DNA of 64,000 nt from Patescibacteria group bacterium (GCA_040390125.1 JAZJYZ010000001.1:668210-732209), one strand, 5' to 3'. Positions 9,888-19,420 are shown, numbered from the stretch's first letter. The notes: generated by a model not told the origin, from the letters alone. Made by a program: numbers and translations.

Positions 9888-12800
9888 TTACGCTATGTCA
9901 GAGATCCTCTCCCTCGCCTCATCTCGTTCCATTTCAAGTTCCATTTCTCTTGCACGCTTCTCCTGGAATGCCTGCACACGAGCGTGCTTCTTACTACCTA
10001 CAAAGCCTGTTCCCGCAGGAATAAGTCGTCCAACAATAACGTTCTCCTTAAGTCCTGCAAGAAGGTCAACGGTGCCCTTAAGAGATGCGGTGATAAGAGT
10101 TCTTGTTGTGTGCTGGAAGGATGCCGCTGAAAGGAAGCTCTTGCGGTTCAACGAGACTTCAGTAATACCCAAAACCAAACGTTCATACTTGAGTACCTCT
10201 TTTCCTGCTTCTTCGAGTTCACGATTAGCGCTGTGGGCTGTTCGCATTTCAATAGCCTCACCCTTAACGAATGAACTATCTCCAGGGTCAGTAACTCGAA
10301 CACGTGAGAACATCTGACGAATGATAACTTCCATGTGCTTGTGTGACACTGGAGCACCCTGAAGGTCATAAATCTTTGCCACTTCATCAATCATGTAGTC
10401 TTGGAGTTTTTGAGCACCAGCAAGCTTGAAGAGCTCGTCAAGGTCGATAGAACCGTCAGTGAGCGTATCGCCCTTTTCTACATGCATTCCGGCTTTCACC
10501 ATTGCTACACGTCTTGCAGGGACTTCGTATTCTATTTTGTCTTTCTTGTCTGAAGACTGATCAGGGAGAAGCACAATCGTCTTTACACCCATGTCATCCC
10601 GAACTTCACTGATGTCCCCTGCAACTTCAGCTAAAATTGCGGCAGCCTTAGGAGGTCGCTTATCGAACAATTCTTCAATACGAGGAAGTCCGTTCGTGAT
10701 GTCGCCACCGATAGTTGCAACACCTCCTGTGTGGAAAGTACGCATGGTGAGCTGAGTTCCTGGTTCACCAATGGCTTGTGCTGCGATTGTTCCAACAGCC
10801 TCACCGATATCAATGATTTCACGAGTCGCAAGGTCAGAGCCATAACATTTCTGGCAAATACCTTTCTCTGAAGCACACGACATTGGAGAGCGTACGGTTG
10901 CCTCTTCAACGCCTGCTTTTGCAATTGCTGTTGCGTCTTCTTTCAAAAGGAATGCACCTCGTTTCCATGTTTTGTCTCCTACAGTGATTTCTTTTGCAAG
11001 CACTCGCCCAACAATAAGCTTTCCAAGGTCAGCCTCCATACCTGTGGAGCGCATACGGTTAATGGCGAGCCCGAGCTTGGTGCCACAGTCAGCTTCAGAA
11101 ATCATGATGTCTTGTGCAACATCGAAGAGTCTGCGAGTAAGATACCCTGCATGTGCAGTCTTCAAGGCCGTGTCGGTCAAGCCTTTTCTCGAGCCGTGCG
11201 TCGTAGTGAAGTATTCAGTTGGTGTAAGTCCTTCTTTCATTGAAGAGACCACGGGGAATTCAATAACACCTCCTGCGGTGTTGGTCACCAAACCTTTCAT
11301 ACCCGCCATTTGGGAGAGCTGTCGAACCGATCCTCGAGCTCCTGACACCACCATGGTGTATACCGATGAGAGAGTGTTCAAGGAAGGCAAAATCTCCTTC
11401 TCAATGTCCCCTACTGCTTTCTGCCATATCTCAATGGTGAGACGCATTTTTTCTTCCGCCGTCAAAAGACCGTTTTCGTACTGTGTTGTCATTTCTTGCA
11501 CTTCCTTCCGAGCCGCTTCTACGAGCTTCTTCTTAGCTTCTGGAACCGCAAGGTCATCGAAGCTGAAAGAAACACCCGACTTGGTTGCGAATTGGAAACC
11601 GAAATGTTTGATTTTATCGAGAATTCCTGGCGTCTTTTCAAGACCGTAAATCAAAATGACATCGTCAACAAGTTTGCCGAGCTGAGTCTTCTTTATTTCA
11701 GAATTGATGAAGAGGTAATCTTTTGGAAGGATTGAGTTGAAGAGAAGTCGTCCCACAGTGGTCTCAAAACGCTCACCTTTGAACGCTGCGTACTTAGGGT
11801 TGTCTTTTGTTGGCTCCACTGAAATCTTTGCGTGAATACCCACATCGCCGAAGTCGTACGCAAGAATCGCTGCGTTTGGACTCTGGAAATATTTTCCCTC
11901 ACCTTTTTCGTTTGGAATATCTCGAGTCATCCAGTAAATACCAAGAGCGATGTCGAGAGGCTTCTCAAAGATAACTGGCTGGCCTGATCCCGGCTTCAAT
12001 ACATTCTTTGCAGCCGACATAATCGTTTCGGCTTCCATTTGTGCTTCAGCAGAAAGAGGGACGTGTACAGCCATTTGGTCACCGTCGAAGTCAGCGTTGA
12101 ATGCAGGACAAACGAGCGGGTGGAGTTGAATAGCGTTGCCTTCAATAAGACGTGGACGGAAAGCCTGAATACCTTGACGGTGAAGCGTAGGAGCACGGTT
12201 CAAGAGTACGTGTTTGCCTTGAATCACCTCCTCTAAAATGGCCCACACTTCTGGAATTCCCTCTTCAATAAGCCTGCCTGCTCCACGGATGTTGTGAGCA
12301 AGTTCACGCTCTAAGAGTTTTGCAATAATGAACGGACGGAAAAGTTCCAATGCCATCTTCTTTGGAAGACCACATTCATCGAGTTTAAGTTCAGGTCCAA
12401 CAACGATAACGGAGCGTCCTGAGTAGTCGACACGCTTACCAAGGAGGTTGAATCGGAAATACCCTTGCTTTGATTTCAAGTAGTCAGCGAGTGATTTCAG
12501 GGGTCTGCGCTGTGCCTGACTTGCAGCTGAAAATGCTGCACCGCCACGGCGAATTGAGTTGTCGAGAAGTGCATCGACTGCTTCCTGCAAGATGCGCTTT
12601 TCGTTTCTTAGAATTACTTCTGGAGCATAAATATCCCGCAACTTCACGAGACGGTTATTGCGGTTAATAACCCGGCGATACAAGTCGTTCACGTCTGATG
12701 TTGCGTGGCGTCCAGACTCAAGAGCAACCATAGGGCGAAGTGCCGGAGGCGTTACGGGAATACGAGTCAAGAACATCCACTCAGGACGAACGCCGGCCTT

Positions 12801-13595
12801 AATCATGGAGCGGATCAAGGAGAGTCTCTTACCGAGTTTCTCACGCTCCGCTGCACCAGCTTTCAGGAGCTGTGCTTCAAGCTCTTTGACGAGCTTGTCC
12901 ATATCGAGTGATTTGAAAATAGTATGGATAGCTTCAGCACCAATACCTGCTTCAAAGAATGTGCCGTATTTGACCGAGAAGCGGTGGTACTCAATTTCGT
13001 CGAGCACAACGCCTGGCTGAATGCGTTCGATGTCGCCTTTTGCGGCGGTCATCAATGCCTTCAATTCTGTTTGTGCTTTTTCGTTCGTAACTGCTTTGAA
13101 CTTTGTCTTATACTCGCTCTCAAGTTCACGGAGTACCCGATCACGCTCCTCAGTATTTACTTTTGTAACGATGTACCCAGCGAAGTAGACAACCTTCTCA
13201 GCGTCAGTTGCGGACACTCCGAGGATAAGTGCAATTCTCGAAGGAACTGATCTCAAAAACCAGATGTGTGCAACAGGACTTGCAAGCTCAATGTGACCCA
13301 TGCGCTCTCTGCGGACAATTGCACGTGTTACTTCAACGTTACATTTTTCACAGACAATGCCACGGAAGCGAGGTCCTTTGTACTTACCGCAGTAACACTC
13401 AAAGTCCCGTTCAGGACCGAAAATACGCTCATCGAAAAGACCATCCTTTTCAGAGCGTTGTGTGCGGTAGTTGATGGTTTCAGGTTTTCTGATCTCTCCC
13501 CATGACCAATCCAAAATGCGTTCAGGACTTGCGACCTTAAGGCCGACCCAATCGAAATTGGATGTATCGATGACTTTTCCTCTTTTTTGATCCAT
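9888..13595 (-). CDS. rpoC: DNA-directed RNA polymerase subunit beta-prime
   Basis: 1235 aa. NADFDGDQMAVH catalytic motif and a zinc-binding CYCGKYKGPRFRGIVCEKC N-terminus. Confidence 0.97.
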   Translation of the reverse strand: MDQKRGKVIDTSNFDWVGLKVASPERILDWSWGEIRKPETINYRTQRSEKDGLFDERIFGPERDFECYCGKYKGPRFRGIVCEKCNVEVTRAIVRRERMGHIELASPVAHIWFLRSVPSRIALILGVSATDAEKVVYFAGYIVTKVNTEERDRVLRELESEYKTKFKAVTNEKAQTELKALMTAAKGDIERIQPGVVLDEIEYHRFSVKYGTFFEAGIGAEAIHTIFKSLDMDKLVKELEAQLLKAGAAEREKLGKRLSLIRSMIKAGVRPEWMFLTRIPVTPPALRPMVALESGRHATSDVNDLYRRVINRNNRLVKLRDIYAPEVILRNEKRILQEAVDALLDNSIRRGGAAFSAASQAQRRPLKSLADYLKSKQGYFRFNLLGKRVDYSGRSVIVVGPELKLDECGLPKKMALELFRPFIIAKLLERELAHNIRGAGRLIEEGIPEVWAILEEVIQGKHVLLNRAPTLHRQGIQAFRPRLIEGNAIQLHPLVCPAFNADFDGDQMAVHVPLSAEAQMEAETIMSAAKNVLKPGSGQPVIFEKPLDIALGIYWMTRDIPNEKGEGKYFQSPNAAILAYDFGDVGIHAKISVEPTKDNPKYAAFKGERFETTVGRLLFNSILPKDYLFINSEIKKTQLGKLVDDVILIYGLEKTPGILDKIKHFGFQFATKSGVSFSFDDLAVPEAKKKLVEAARKEVQEMTTQYENGLLTAEEKMRLTIEIWQKAVGDIEKEILPSLNTLSSVYTMVVSGARGSVRQLSQMAGMKGLVTNTAGGVIEFPVVSSMKEGLTPTEYFTTTHGSRKGLTDTALKTAHAGYLTRRLFDVAQDIMISEADCGTKLGLAINRMRSTGMEADLGKLIVGRVLAKEITVGDKTWKRGAFLLKEDATAIAKAGVEEATVRSPMSCASEKGICQKCYGSDLATREIIDIGEAVGTIAAQAIGEPGTQLTMRTFHTGGVATIGGDITNGLPRIEELFDKRPPKAAAILAEVAGDISEVRDDMGVKTIVLLPDQSSDKKDKIEYEVPARRVAMVKAGMHVEKGDTLTDGSIDLDELFKLAGAQKLQDYMIDEVAKIYDLQGAPVSHKHMEVIIRQMFSRVRVTDPGDSSFVKGEAIEMRTAHSANRELEEAGKEVLKYERLVLGITEVSLNRKSFLSAASFQHTTRTLITASLKGTVDLLAGLKENVIVGRLIPAGTGFVGSKKHARVQAFQEKRAREMELEMERDEARERISDIA

Positions 13596-13619
13596 ATGTT
13601 TTAGGGGTTAGGAAAACGA

Positions 13620-16600
13620 TTAGGAGCGATCAGCTCTATTTCTATTAAATTTTCGTGTAGGTGTTGCGTCTGGGTCTGAGCCGTCATTTCTTCCAAGAAT
13701 CACATCAAGACAGAGGCCCCGGAGGTGGTTGACGAGCACATTGAATGCCGCAGGCGTATGGGTGTGTTCAATGGGACGACGCTTCACGATTGCATCAAAT
13801 GCGGCAGAGCGTCCTTGGATGTCGTCAGACTTAATAGTGAGCATTTCTCGCAAGGTATACGCAGCGCCGTAACCCAAGAGTGCCCACACTTCCATTTCTC
13901 CGAATCGCTGACCACCGTTTTGAGCTTTACCGCCGAGTGGTTGCTGAGTAATAAGAGAGTATGGACCGATTGAGCGCATGTGGATCTTGTCTTCAACCAT
14001 GTGGTGCAGTTTCAAGATGTACATGTAGCCAACGGCAATATCTTGTGCAAATTGCTCACCGGTGCGTCCGTCAAACAGTGGCATCGTTCCAGATTCTGCA
14101 AAACCAGCACTCTTCAACTCTCCACGTATTTCAGTTTCAGTAACGCCAGAGAAGGATGGAACAATAGCCTGATAGTTTAATGTGTGTGCCGCAAGGCCTA
14201 AGTGCATTTCAAGAATCTGTCCTAAGTTCATGCGGGAAGGAATACCAAGGGGTGTCAAAATGACATCAATTGGTTCTCCGTCTGCACCATATGGCATGTC
14301 CTCCACTGGCAACACTCTCGAGATAACGCCTTTGTTACCGTGACGTCCTGCGAGTTTGTCGCCCACAGAAACGTTTCGAAGTTGTGCAATGGTGATGTAA
14401 ATTTTCTTGATAGTTCCTGATTCCAAGCTATTGCCTCGCTCTCTTGAGAACACTTGTACGCCAATAACTCGGCCACGCTTTCCTCCCTCCATGCGGAGCG
14501 ATGTATCTTTCACGTCTTTTGCTTTGTCGCCGAAAATGGAACGGAGCAAGCGCTCTTCTGGAGTAAGCTGTGTTTCTCCCTTTGGTGTTACTTTTCCCAC
14601 CAAAATGTCGCCAGGCCTGACTTCTGCACCAACACGCACAATTCCCTCTTCGTCGAGATTGCGAAGTTTCACTTCAGAGACGTTAGGGATGTCTGGTGTC
14701 GTAATCTCGGGTCCTAGCTTTGTGTCACGAACAGCTACATCAAATTCCTCAATATGAATTGTTGAGAACTTATTGTTCTGCACAAGTCTTTCAGAAATGA
14801 TGATGGCGTCTTCGTAGTTGTTACCGCTCCAGCTCATGAATGCAACTTTGACGTTCTGTCCAAGTGCGAGCTGTCCGTTGTCTGAAGAGGAGGTGTCGGC
14901 AAGCAAGTCTCCACGCTTCACTTTCTGATTTAAAGAAACTGATGGGCGGTGGTTGAAGCACGAGAACTCGTTTGTCATTGAGAATGGCTCAAGTTTGTAT
15001 TCATGGCTCTTACCTTTTTCGTCCTTAACTACAATGTGCTGTGAGTCTACAGTCGTAACCGTACCTGGCTCTTTTGCGTAGATAAGGCGTCCAGTGTCTC
15101 TCGCTGCCATTTCCTCAATACCTGTTGCAACAATAGGTGCCTCAGGCTGGACGCATGGCGTTGCTTGTTTTTGCATGTTCGAACCCATGAGCGCTCTGTT
15201 TGCGTCATCGTTCTCAACGAATGGGATCATTGAAGTAGCAATTGAGAACATTTGGTTGGTTGCAATGTCCATGAATTTAATTTCATCTTTGGGAACGAGA
15301 ACAGGCTCACCATGGCGACGTGCTTCCACATAATCTTCAGTAAGTGTGTTGCCATTCAGTGCAACTGCTGCGTGTGCAATTGGATACTGTGCTTCTTCGA
15401 ATGCGTTCATGTACACAATCTCATCTGTCACCTTGCCCTTCACCACTTTTGCGTAAGGAGTTTCGATGATGCCGAAATCGTTGATGCGAGCGTATGTTGC
15501 AAGACGCAAAATGAGACCAATGTTCTGACCTTCAGGAGTTTGAATTGGGCAAAGGCGTCCGTAGTGCGAAGTGTGCACGTCACGAACTTCAAAGCCGGCA
15601 CGCTCACGTGTTAAGCCTCCGGGACCGAGTGCTGAAACAGTGCGGAGGTTTTCAAGCTCATCCAAAATGTTCTGCTGAGCAGCAAGCTGAGAAAGTTGGT
15701 TTGCAGTAAAGAATTCTTTAATTGCAGCTGCGAGTGGTCGTGGGTTCACGAGCTGTGTTGGAAGTGTTGTTTCAACGTCAATGGTCGACATTCTGTCTTG
15801 AATGTTTCGCTTCATGCGAGACAAACCAACACGAACACGTGCCTCAAGGAGTTCACCAATCTGACGGACACGACGGAAACCAAGGTGGTCAATGTCGTCG
15901 CCTTCAGCACCTGGAGTGTTATTTAATTCAATGATGTGAGAGACGATCAATACGATATCGTCCATGGAAAGAGTTCGAATATCGAGCTCCTTTTTGTCCA
16001 TCGACAAGTTAAAGCGTTGATTGAACCGGTGACGTCCTGGGTATGAAAGGTCATAGCGTTCAGGCGAGAAGATGCTCTTCACGTATTCACGAGCAGTGTC
16101 AGGAGTTGCAAGGTCACCATCACGAAGACGGCGGTATATCTCTATATATGCTTGCTCTATCGCCTTTGCAGAGTCTTTCTCCAACGTTGCCTGTATCGCA
16201 GCCTTACCTCCGGGAATGCGCTCAAAAAGAGTTACGAGGTCACGGTCAAATGATGCACCGAGAACACGAAGAAGTGTCGTTACCGGAAACTTACGCTTGC
16301 GGTCAATCTTTACGAAAATAGCACCGTCAGCTTCTGAATCAATTTCAATCCATGCACCACGGGCTGGAATTATTTTTGCACCAAAGCAAACCTTGCCACG
16401 CATTTCGCCAGCTGAAAAAAATACACCGAAGGAACGTGCAAGCTGAGGAACAATGACACGCTCGACACCGTTAATGATGAAGGTGCCGTGCTCGGTCATT
16501 ATCGGAAAATCTGCAAGGAAAATTGGTTGCTCTTTTTTCGAGCCGAGCATTTTGTTGGTCAAACGAACAGTAGCTTTGAGTGGTGCGTCATAGGTCATCT

Positions 16601-16838
16601 TCTGCTCTTTTGCTCCATACTCATCAATCTTCGGCTCGCCGAGTTCAAAAGAAACGAACTCGAGTTCGAATTTTTTCTTTGAATAATCCATAACAGGAGA
16701 AAACTCCTTGAAGAGATCCTTCATGCCTTCGGAAATGAACGCACGGAAGCTCGCCACCTGAGGTGCTACGAGGTCAGGCATCGGAACACGGGGCGCACGG
16801 TACTTAGAGAATCTTTTCTGAGGTAGTGATTTTGCCAT
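13620..16838 (-). CDS. rpoB: DNA-directed RNA polymerase subunit beta
   Basis: 1072 aa. Conserved beta-subunit blocks (GPGGLTRERAGFEVRDVH, NMQRQAVP-like segment, C-terminal GGQRFGEMEVWAL). Confidence 0.97.
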   Translation of the reverse strand: MAKSLPQKRFSKYRAPRVPMPDLVAPQVASFRAFISEGMKDLFKEFSPVMDYSKKKFELEFVSFELGEPKIDEYGAKEQKMTYDAPLKATVRLTNKMLGSKKEQPIFLADFPIMTEHGTFIINGVERVIVPQLARSFGVFFSAGEMRGKVCFGAKIIPARGAWIEIDSEADGAIFVKIDRKRKFPVTTLLRVLGASFDRDLVTLFERIPGGKAAIQATLEKDSAKAIEQAYIEIYRRLRDGDLATPDTAREYVKSIFSPERYDLSYPGRHRFNQRFNLSMDKKELDIRTLSMDDIVLIVSHIIELNNTPGAEGDDIDHLGFRRVRQIGELLEARVRVGLSRMKRNIQDRMSTIDVETTLPTQLVNPRPLAAAIKEFFTANQLSQLAAQQNILDELENLRTVSALGPGGLTRERAGFEVRDVHTSHYGRLCPIQTPEGQNIGLILRLATYARINDFGIIETPYAKVVKGKVTDEIVYMNAFEEAQYPIAHAAVALNGNTLTEDYVEARRHGEPVLVPKDEIKFMDIATNQMFSIATSMIPFVENDDANRALMGSNMQKQATPCVQPEAPIVATGIEEMAARDTGRLIYAKEPGTVTTVDSQHIVVKDEKGKSHEYKLEPFSMTNEFSCFNHRPSVSLNQKVKRGDLLADTSSSDNGQLALGQNVKVAFMSWSGNNYEDAIIISERLVQNNKFSTIHIEEFDVAVRDTKLGPEITTPDIPNVSEVKLRNLDEEGIVRVGAEVRPGDILVGKVTPKGETQLTPEERLLRSIFGDKAKDVKDTSLRMEGGKRGRVIGVQVFSRERGNSLESGTIKKIYITIAQLRNVSVGDKLAGRHGNKGVISRVLPVEDMPYGADGEPIDVILTPLGIPSRMNLGQILEMHLGLAAHTLNYQAIVPSFSGVTETEIRGELKSAGFAESGTMPLFDGRTGEQFAQDIAVGYMYILKLHHMVEDKIHMRSIGPYSLITQQPLGGKAQNGGQRFGEMEVWALLGYGAAYTLREMLTIKSDDIQGRSAAFDAIVKRRPIEHTHTPAAFNVLVNHLRGLCLDVILGRNDGSDPDATPTRKFNRNRADRS

Positions 16839-16867
16839 CTTAGATTTTATTAACGATTGCTAATGAG

Positions 16868-16954
16868 TTTATAAAATCTTAGACCCCGTTAAATACATTG
16901 AGGAACTCAATGTCCCGCCTGGCGGGATTTAACGGGGTTAAGTCGTTTATAATC
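16868..16954 (-). promoter_or_regulatory. Structured element (three-way hairpin) in the rpoB 5' leader
   Basis: Outer stem cttagaccccgttaaat / atttaacggggt(t)aag encloses inner hairpins acattgag-gaa-ctcaatgt and cccgcc-t-ggcggg. It sits 30-115 nt upstream of the rpoB ATG. Confidence 0.45.
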
Positions 16955-17078
16955 GTCCCCAAAAGGGACTCATTAAACGTCTAAACACGCAAAAAGCGCG
17001 CCCTGCGTTTTTCTTTATATGGGTACTAAAAATCAAAACCCACTACTCCTTTTACACAATCAAAAGTGGTTATAAAAG

Positions 17079-17107
17079 AGTATATCTGAAGGCACCGTGA
17101 AGGTCAA
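17079..17107 (-). promoter_or_regulatory. Sigma-70-type promoter for rpoBC (TTGACC -17 nt- TATACT)
   Basis: Minus strand reads cTTGACCttcacggtgccttcagaTATACT, a near-consensus -35/-10 with 17-nt spacing. The predicted TSS at about 17072 gives a ~235-nt leader. Confidence 0.45.
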
Positions 17108-17195
17108 GGACTTATGCTTTATATACACAACCAATAGGAGGATTGAGACCAGGCTTGATTGTGCGATCTGATCTTGGTCCGCCCAATACAATGTA

Positions 17196-17558
17196 TCAAT
17201 TCAGAGCACTGAGAGCCAGTTCAAGCCAGCGTCTTTTTGCTTCCCCTGTAAGACCTCGTCTCCTCAAAATCACGATTTTTATTAACTCTCTACTCATTGC
17301 GGGAGAATAAAAATGTGCGAGGCCGTTCATTTCATCAAAATAGTCATTATGTTCGCCCTTCCACCTCCGCTCAGTATCCTTTTGTCGATCCAACTCCAGC
17401 GAGCGAGACATGACGCTTCCTTTAAGCAACCAAGAGTGATAACCAGCAATGTCAGATTCACGCGCAGACCGGTCTAATACGTGTCCTAACTGGCGTGCAT
17501 TTAAATACCCTTCTGGAGCAACACCGTACTTCTCCCTACAGCCTTCTAATACACCCAT
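17196..17558 (-). CDS. Hypothetical protein (120 aa)
   Basis: ATG-initiated ORF between the tandem repeat and the rpoB leader. No recognisable motif. Confidence 0.45.
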   Translation of the reverse strand: MGVLEGCREKYGVAPEGYLNARQLGHVLDRSARESDIAGYHSWLLKGSVMSRSLELDRQKDTERRWKGEHNDYFDEMNGLAHFYSPAMSRELIKIVILRRRGLTGEAKRRWLELALSALN

Positions 17559-17664
17559 AGAAAAATAGTATATTCTTTAAAATTTCTTTTTCAAAGTTGC
17601 CGTTCGTCCCTCCTATTTCCTGCCTCGAGGACGAGGTATCGGAAATTCCTGTCTTCGCAGGATC

Positions 17665-17868
17665 GGAAGAAACGCAAAACTATTCCTGTTTCGTTCCTCC
17701 TAAAACCTGTCTCGCTTGCTCGACAACGGTTTTTGCCGCAAAACGGCACCGGAAGAAACGCAAAACTATTCCTGTTTCGTTCCTCCTAAAACCTGTCTCG
17801 CTTGCTCGACAACGGTTTTTGCCGCAAAACGGCACCGGAAGAAACGCAAAACTATTTGCGTTTCTTCC
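17665..17868. repeat. 86-bp tandem direct repeat, 2 full copies plus a partial third ending in a perfect hairpin
   Basis: Unit ggaagaaacgcaaaactattcctgtttcgttcctcctaaaacctgtctcgcttgctcgacaacggtttttgccgcaaaacggcacc at 17665 and 17751. Third copy 17837-17868 is ggaagaaacgcaaa-acta-tttgcgtttcttcc (14-bp perfect stem). A degenerate copy precedes at about 17600-17664. Confidence 0.9.
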
Positions 17869-18616
17869 AAGCTTCAATCTTAGCGTGATTACCTGAAAGA
17901 AGAACTTTCGGAACCTTGTGATTCTTCCCCGCCCATTTAAAAATCTCCGGTCTGGTATAGACCTCCGAGCTAGAAATTCTCTCTTCTTCCACGGACTCAA
18001 ATTTTCCCAAAACACCAGGAATCTGGCGAGCAACAGCATCAATCACGACCATGGCTGGCAACTCCCCTCCAGTGAGAGTGTAAGAACCTACAGAAATTTT
18101 CTTCGCTTTCAATATCTTCTGAACCCGTGCATCAATACCCTCGTAATGCCCACATATCAGCACCACCTGCTTCTTAATGGCAGACATCGTATGTCTGCCA
18201 TTTTTACTCATCAATATTCTGGGTTTACGAAACCCAGAATATTGAGAATGAGCTAGGAGGCGGGCGTCTTTGTTTGTAAATTGCTTCCCCGATGCATCGA
18301 AAAAATAAATAACTGCCCCAGAACTCTGGACTCTGGACTTGGAACTCTGAACTTTTCTCAAAGCGGCTTCTACCGCTTTGAGAAACGGTTCTGCCTGAAG
18401 CACCATGCCAGGGCCACCTCCGTACGGGCGACCATCTACCTTTATGTAGGGCTTATCAGTTTTTTTAGTTACTTTTACAAAATCTCGTGGATTATAAAAT
18501 TTCACTTTAATGTGTTTATCCCGAATCGCTCGCCCAATGATGGAGGACGCAAGATATGAATCAAACGCCTCAGGAAAGAGCGTGACTACGTGAAAAGTCA
18601 GTGGCGTTTTTTTCAT
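17852..18616 (-). CDS. trmD: tRNA (guanine37-N1)-methyltransferase TrmD
   Basis: LTFHVVTLFPEAFDSYL and GGGPGMVL motifs. Contains an in-frame mini-element insertion (VQSSKSRVQSS). Its stop codon lies in the loop of the terminal repeat hairpin. Confidence 0.93.
   Translation of the reverse strand: MKKTPLTFHVVTLFPEAFDSYLASSIIGRAIRDKHIKVKFYNPRDFVKVTKKTDKPYIKVDGRPYGGGPGMVLQAEPFLKAVEAALRKVQSSKSRVQSSGAVIYFFDASGKQFTNKDARLLAHSQYSGFRKPRILMSKNGRHTMSAIKKQVVLICGHYEGIDARVQKILKAKKISVGSYTLTGGELPAMVVIDAVARQIPGVLGKFESVEEERISSSEVYTRPEIFKWAGKNHKVPKVLLSGNHAKIEAWKKRK
18310..18347. repeat. Half-copy (gaactct/gactctg type) of the dnaG mini-element inserted in frame in trmD
   Basis: cagaactctggactctggacttggaactctgaactttt, near-identical to the right arm of the dnaG insertions, translated as KVQSSKSRVQSSG. 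Confidence 0.7.
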
Positions 18617-18631
18617 GAAAATCCTCCAAAG

Positions 18632-18811
18632 TTAAGCTTCGAAATCAAGAATAACTCCTTTCCCGTCTTCTTTATTTTTTCGAGGTTCTTGTGTATGTTC
18701 TTTTGGAGGTCTTTCACCAAGCCCTGTTCGAACTATTGGCTTCACAGGTTGCACACGCCTAGAGTCTCTACCCAAGAAACCCTTTCCTCCAATGCTCGTT
18801 ATTTCACTCAT
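18632..18811 (-). CDS. Small basic hypothetical protein (59 aa) immediately upstream of trmD
   Basis: ATG ORF MSEITSIGGKGFLGRDSRRVQPVKPIVRTGLGERPPKEHTQEPRKNKEDGKGVILDFEA. It is below the ORF-track length cutoff. It occupies the slot where rimM usually sits. No motif recognised. Confidence 0.3.
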   Translation of the reverse strand: MSEITSIGGKGFLGRDSRRVQPVKPIVRTGLGERPPKEHTQEPRKNKEDGKGVILDFEA

Positions 18812-18919
18812 ATGTTAATTATACAACAAAATAAACAAAACACAAAGTCTCTAGGAATATAAAACACTCCGATTAATCGGAGTGTTTTATATCATTGTGG
18901 AATCTCCACGTACAAATTA

Positions 18920-19333
18920 TCAGAGGCGAAGATCTCCAAGGGCTTCGTCAATGGAGCGTGAAGCGGAACCTTGTTCTCCCCTGTCTGCCGGAGCGGAAAA
19001 AGAAGGGGCACTCATTGGGCCAGAGTTAGAAGTCCCCATCGATGAGCTTCCCATGAAGCCTGTGCCCATTGAGCGACTTCCACCTACGGGTTCGTTAATT
19101 TTCAAATTCACTCGTGCGTTGTTCTTCATACCAACGACACGAAGAAGGATACGAATTGCCTTTGCGGTGTTGCCAGAGCGACCAATCACCTTACCCATGT
19201 CTGCAGGATTTACATCCATCGTAAGCAAAACTCCCATCTCATCCACCTGACGATTAACCTTCACGTCGCTTGGGTTATCGACGAGCATCTTAACTACATA
19301 TTCCAGAAACTCCTGATCCTGATTATTGTCCAT
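18920..19333 (-). CDS. KH-domain RNA-binding protein (UPF0109/YlqC-like) with Gly/Ser/Met-rich C-terminal tail
   Basis: KH core VIGRSGNTAKAIRILLRVVG (GxxG). Conserved neighbourhood with trmD. 50-aa low-complexity C-terminal tail. Confidence 0.7.
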   Translation of the reverse strand: MDNNQDQEFLEYVVKMLVDNPSDVKVNRQVDEMGVLLTMDVNPADMGKVIGRSGNTAKAIRILLRVVGMKNNARVNLKINEPVGGSRSMGTGFMGSSSMGTSNSGPMSAPSFSAPADRGEQGSASRSIDEALGDLRL

Positions 19334-19420
19334 AGCGGGATATTTATCTTTGTAAATCAGCCATTAATGACTGCTCAAAACAGTATCACGCAAAACTCTA
19401 AAGTGGTCAACAAGGCTCTC

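Noticed and set aside
9895-16682. Numerous 60-140-aa ORFs on the plus strand opposite rpoC and rpoB (for example 10972..11649, 14407..14757, 16072..16446)
   Set aside because: They are antisense to long, strongly conserved genes and have no motifs; they are typical shadow ORFs.
17597-17896. Repeat array at 17.6-17.9 kb considered as a CRISPR array; ORFs 17597..17896 (+) and 17680..18042 (-) span it
   Set aside because: The 86-bp units are identical throughout, so there are no unique spacers. There are no cas genes nearby, and the last unit forms the trmD terminator hairpin. The two ORFs are artefacts of translating the repeat.
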